Position numbers and translations under genes: made by a program | Source: Gloeobacterales cyanobacterium | GTDB taxonomy: Bacteria; Cyanobacteriota; Cyanobacteriia; Gloeobacterales; PMM-0068 | Assembly: GCA_038245785.1 (NCBI GenBank) | Contig: JBBRSB010000001.1 | Span: forward strand, 352,001-416,000 | Length of the DNA: 64,000 nt | Direction of reading: 5' to 3' | Shown: in pieces, positions 60,599 through 64,000 of the stretch | How positions within the stretch are numbered: the first letter of the stretch is position 1 | How the letters are laid out: each line of letters starts with the position of its first letter | The notes under the pieces: model-generated | What the model was told of the DNA's origin: nothing | What the model saw: only the letters and a program-made list of their open reading frames with translations | Database searches by the model: none

Positions 60599-61311
60599 GA
60601 GTTAACTTCCAGTGCTTCCAAAACTAATTTTGCGGTTTCTGAACCAGAATTTTGCTGCTGTCCGGTGATCAAATGACCATCCCGCACCGCATGGGGCGCA
60701 AAAGCTTCCTTTGTGACAAAATTTGCTCCTAATGCTTTTGCTTCGTCTTCAATCCGAAAAGGCATCACTTTCTGACCCACCACCTGATCGGCATACTCTT
60801 CTTCACTGTTAGCAAAACCCGTCATCGTTTTACCGTGAATCAAATACGCTCCATTGGACAGCTTCGTTTCAAGCAGGACGCAAGTGCCGTGGCAAAGAGC
60901 AGCCGTGGGTTTACCTGTTTCGTAGAAGTTGACGAATCCTTGAATCAGGGCAGTATCTTGACGGAAGGTGAACATGGGAGACTGCCCTCCACAGACAACG
61001 ATCGCGTCAAATGCATTCATATCCAGATCAGCAATGGCGGATGTAGCGTCCAGTAATTGCATGAATTCGGGTTGATCGATGTATTGCAACGAAAGCGTGT
61101 CCTCTTTGGAATAGCCAGAGGCATCACGTGGATCGCTCAAGCTATCAAATTCAACCTTGCCGCCCTTAGGACTGGCGATCGTCACCTGGCAACTTGCGTT
61201 GATAAATGAATCATAGGGATGAATCAATTCCGAGGCCCAGAAGCCCACCGGACCGCCCAGCGTTGTTGAGATCGATGGATTGGCAACAATCAGCAGAATA
61301 TGTTTACTCAT
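60595..61311 (-). CDS. DJ-1/PfpI-family (Hsp31-like) protein
   Basis: GFWASELIHPY, ASPKGG, ALCHG, LITGQ. Confidence 0.88.
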   Translation of the reverse strand: MSKHILLIVANPSISTTLGGPVGFWASELIHPYDSFINASCQVTIASPKGGKVEFDSLSDPRDASGYSKEDTLSLQYIDQPEFMQLLDATSAIADLDMNAFDAIVVCGGQSPMFTFRQDTALIQGFVNFYETGKPTAALCHGTCVLLETKLSNGAYLIHGKTMTGFANSEEEYADQVVGQKVMPFRIEDEAKALGANFVTKEAFAPHAVRDGHLITGQQQNSGSETAKLVLEALEVNS

Positions 61312-61417
61312 GGAATTCCGTTTCTAAAGTACACGTAAGACCGTCAGTCGTATTCCAGTGTGTATCGGGTATCATTTATTTGTCCAATGGATATTTTGTA
61401 TATATTTCATTCAGCCC

Positions 61418-62323
61418 GTGAATCTTTCTGGAATCGATCTCAATCTGCTGGTAGTCTTCGATGCGCTCATAGCAGAGCGCCACGTTACTCGTGCCGGAGA
61501 ACGCATCGGTTTAAGTCAACCTGCGACGAGTAATGCCCTGGCACGACTGCGGAATTTAACTGCTGATGAACTATTTGTCAGAAGCGGTGGTGGATTACAC
61601 CCCACACCTGTGGCAATCGCACTGGCCCAGCAAATTCAGCCTGCCTTAAAACAAATTCAAACGGCGTTATTACGAGAACAAAATTTTGACCCCACGATCA
61701 GCGATCGTGTGTTTTCCATTGGCATGACTGATTACGTCGAATTCGTGATCTTGCCTCGGTTACTGGAGGTTTTGGAAACCACTGCACCCAATGTCAAGAT
61801 TCAAGTTCGAACAGGCGATCGCCCATACCTCTTCGCCTTGCTGGATAGCGGAGAAGTCGATCTCATCTGTGGATTATTTCCAGAGCAAATTGCGTGGCAT
61901 GAGGAACAGTTGCTCTTTCAAGAACAGTACGTTTGCGTGTGCCGCCGCGATCATCCCTTGATCGATGATTCCCTTTCACTCAAGGACTACCTTGCGGCTT
62001 CTCATTTGTTAGTGTCCATTCAGGAGGATAGGGTCGGTCGTGTAGACAAATTTTTAGCAAAACAAAACTTGAGACGACACGTTACCCTGTCCATTCCTCA
62101 TTTTTTAGTGGCACCGTTCATCCTTGCTCGTACCCATCTGGTTGCCACCCTGGCAGAACGAGTGGCAAACGAGTTTGTCAAAACCCAAAACTTAAAAATT
62201 CTTCCCTGCCCGTTACCGCTTGGGGGATTTTCTGTATTCGTGCGATCGCACCAAAGTACTCGTAACCATGCGACCCACGTTTGGCTTAGAGCCGCAATTG
62301 CAGAGGTGGCGATGATAGTTTGA
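61418..62323 (+). CDS. LysR-family regulator, divergent from the PfpI operon
   Basis: IDLNLLVVFDAL..HVTRAG..LSQPATSNALARLR. Confidence 0.92.
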   Translation: MNLSGIDLNLLVVFDALIAERHVTRAGERIGLSQPATSNALARLRNLTADELFVRSGGGLHPTPVAIALAQQIQPALKQIQTALLREQNFDPTISDRVFSIGMTDYVEFVILPRLLEVLETTAPNVKIQVRTGDRPYLFALLDSGEVDLICGLFPEQIAWHEEQLLFQEQYVCVCRRDHPLIDDSLSLKDYLAASHLLVSIQEDRVGRVDKFLAKQNLRRHVTLSIPHFLVAPFILARTHLVATLAERVANEFVKTQNLKILPCPLPLGGFSVFVRSHQSTRNHATHVWLRAAIAEVAMIV

Positions 62324-62423
62324 AAGCGATTGGCTGGCAGCTCAGAAACGGTCCCAGTACAATAAATATTAAGGCTAAAAGAGTTTCTTCTCACTAGGCG
62401 GGGAGCTCCATGCCAAGGAAATA

Positions 62424-64000
62424 ATGACTGGACAACAAAAAAGTGACTTGGGGGAATTGAACCTACTAAAAAAGGCTGTACGCAAGTCCCTATCTGTATT
62501 TCGCTATGGCGGCAAAGCTTTGGCACTGGTATGGACTACCAGTCACACACTGACCGTAACCCTGGCCGTTTTGACCTTGGTCGGTGGATTGTTGCCTGGT
62601 GTGATTGCCTACATCGGGAAGCTAATTGTCGATAGCGTGGTGTTGGCTTCTCGTAGCGGGTTGGTGAGCGATCGCAGTCTTGCCTTGAATTATGTGGCTG
62701 TTGAAGCAGCTGCGATTGTGATGTTAGCAGCCTCTCAGAGAGGTCTGGTGGTATGTCAACAGCTGCTGCGGGTTTTGCTCGGTCAACGGGTGAATGTATT
62801 GATCTTAGAAAAAGCGCTAACCCTGGATCTGGCTCATTTTGAGGACTCAGAATTTTACGACAAAATGACTCAGGCCCGTTCGGAAGCATCCAGTCGACCC
62901 TTATCCCTGATTAGCCGTAGCTTTGGGCTGTGTCAGTCTGCGCTGACTTTGTTGACCTTCAGCGGCTTGCTGTTAAAACTTTCTGTCTGGGCAGTATTGG
63001 TATTGATTGTGGCGGCGATTCCGTCTTTCATTGCCGAAACCCGTTTTTCCGAACATGCCTTTCGCTTGTTCCGCTGGCGCTCACCTGAAACGCGTCAGCA
63101 AAACTATTTAGAAACCTTGCTTGCCCGAGAGGATTATGCCAAGGAAGTGCAGCTTTATCAACTGGGTCCGATGCTGCTGCAACGTTACCGTGATACCTTT
63201 GCACGGCTTTATGGTGAAGACTCTAAACTCACGATTCAGCGGGGCGTTTGGGGCTATGGGCTAGGGCTACTCAGCACATCTGCATTTTATGGAGCCTATG
63301 CCTGGATCGTCATCGAAGCAATCGCGGGCACGATCAGTTTAGGCGAAATGACGATGTATCTGGTGGTATTTAGACAGGGACAGTCAACTTTTGCCTCGGC
63401 CCTGACCTCTATCGGGGGGATGTATGAAGACAACCTTTATCTCGCCAATCTCTATGAATTTTTAGAGCAGCCGGTTCCCCAATCCAAGGGTAAATTGACT
63501 CAGGGAATTGTTCAGGATGGCATCCGGTTTGAGCATGTTTCCTTTAGCTATCCAGGCAGTCAGCAACCCGTTTTAAAAGATATCTCCTTGCACTTGCAGC
63601 TCGGCGAGAAACTGGCGATCGTGGGTGAGAACGGCTCTGGCAAAACCACGTTGATTAAGCTTCTGACAAGACTTTATACCCCAAGCAGTGGCAAAATTTT
63701 CCTGGATGGAGTGGATTTAAATGATTGGGATATTGATGTATTGAGACGACGAATTGGCGTAATTTTCCAAAACTTCGTTCAATATCAATTTACGGTTGGG
63801 GAGAATGTGGGTGTGGGAGATGTGGAACATCTCTATGACCGGGATGAGTGGGAAAATGCATCGGATAAAGGGATGGCAAAATCCTTCATCAATGTTCTAC
63901 CGCAGGGATTCAGCACACAGTTAGGAAAATGGTTTAAAGGAGGTCAGGAGCTATCGGGTGGGCAATGGCAAAAGATTGCCCTTTCACGAGCTTTCATGCG
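62424..64000 (+). CDS. ABC transporter permease/ATPase (runs off window; not in ORF track)
   Basis: Open frame from ATG 62424; TM region, GENGSGKTT Walker A, LSGGQWQKIALSRAF. Confidence 0.88.
   Translation, partial: MTGQQKSDLGELNLLKKAVRKSLSVFRYGGKALALVWTTSHTLTVTLAVLTLVGGLLPGVIAYIGKLIVDSVVLASRSGLVSDRSLALNYVAVEAAAIVMLAASQRGLVVCQQLLRVLLGQRVNVLILEKALTLDLAHFEDSEFYDKMTQARSEASSRPLSLISRSFGLCQSALTLLTFSGLLLKLSVWAVLVLIVAAIPSFIAETRFSEHAFRLFRWRSPETRQQNYLETLLAREDYAKEVQLYQLGPMLLQRYRDTFARLYGEDSKLTIQRGVWGYGLGLLSTSAFYGAYAWIVIEAIAGTISLGEMTMYLVVFRQGQSTFASALTSIGGMYEDNLYLANLYEFLEQPVPQSKGKLTQGIVQDGIRFEHVSFSYPGSQQPVLKDISLHLQLGEKLAIVGENGSGKTTLIKLLTRLYTPSSGKIFLDGVDLNDWDIDVLRRRIGVIFQNFVQYQFTVGENVGVGDVEHLYDRDEWENASDKGMAKSFINVLPQGFSTQLGKWFKGGQELSGGQWQKIALSRAFM

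Noticed and set aside
197..62889. Many 60-175-aa ORFs antisense to or overlapping well-supported genes
   Set aside because: Shadow ORFs with no motifs or RBS support.

Overview
Cyanobacterial chromosomal window (psaF-psaJ, pipX, pipY-sepF-proC, devBCA-like). An archaeal-type (thermosome-like) chaperonin, a very divergent PsaJ and scarce HIP1 octamers in core genes suggest an early-branching, Gloeobacterales-like lineage; that placement is inference, not shown. Housekeeping blocks include the sulfate ABC operon, HU, mrdA, pheS, DAHP synthase, hisS, recR, ilvC, uvrB, folB, trmD, wecB, tilS, family-4 UDG and a tRNA-Met. They are interrupted by accessory patches at about 11.8-17 kb, 28-30 kb, 32.4-34.3 kb, 46-54 kb and 56-64 kb, several rich in toxin-antitoxin genes and relics. 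Strongest candidate for a new system: a two-gene unit at 47377-50453. A Bell-like helical protein ends in a doubled G/Q/N-rich motif, and the same motif (10/22 identical, no gaps) begins the adjacent 868-aa protein, which has a degenerate STAND-like NTPase, helical repeats and a C-terminal TM helix. This is the architecture of an amyloid-signalling immune pair, with an atypical receptor. Other highlights: PsaF fused to an extra N-terminal Cys-pair domain through a Pro/Ala linker; a palindromic-ended element family carrying a decayed DUF559-like endonuclease; a repeated junction motif with integron-like GTTRRRY cores in the 46-54 kb island; unannotated small ORFs; and a candidate sRNA. All calls come from reading the sequence and recognising motifs; no searches were run.
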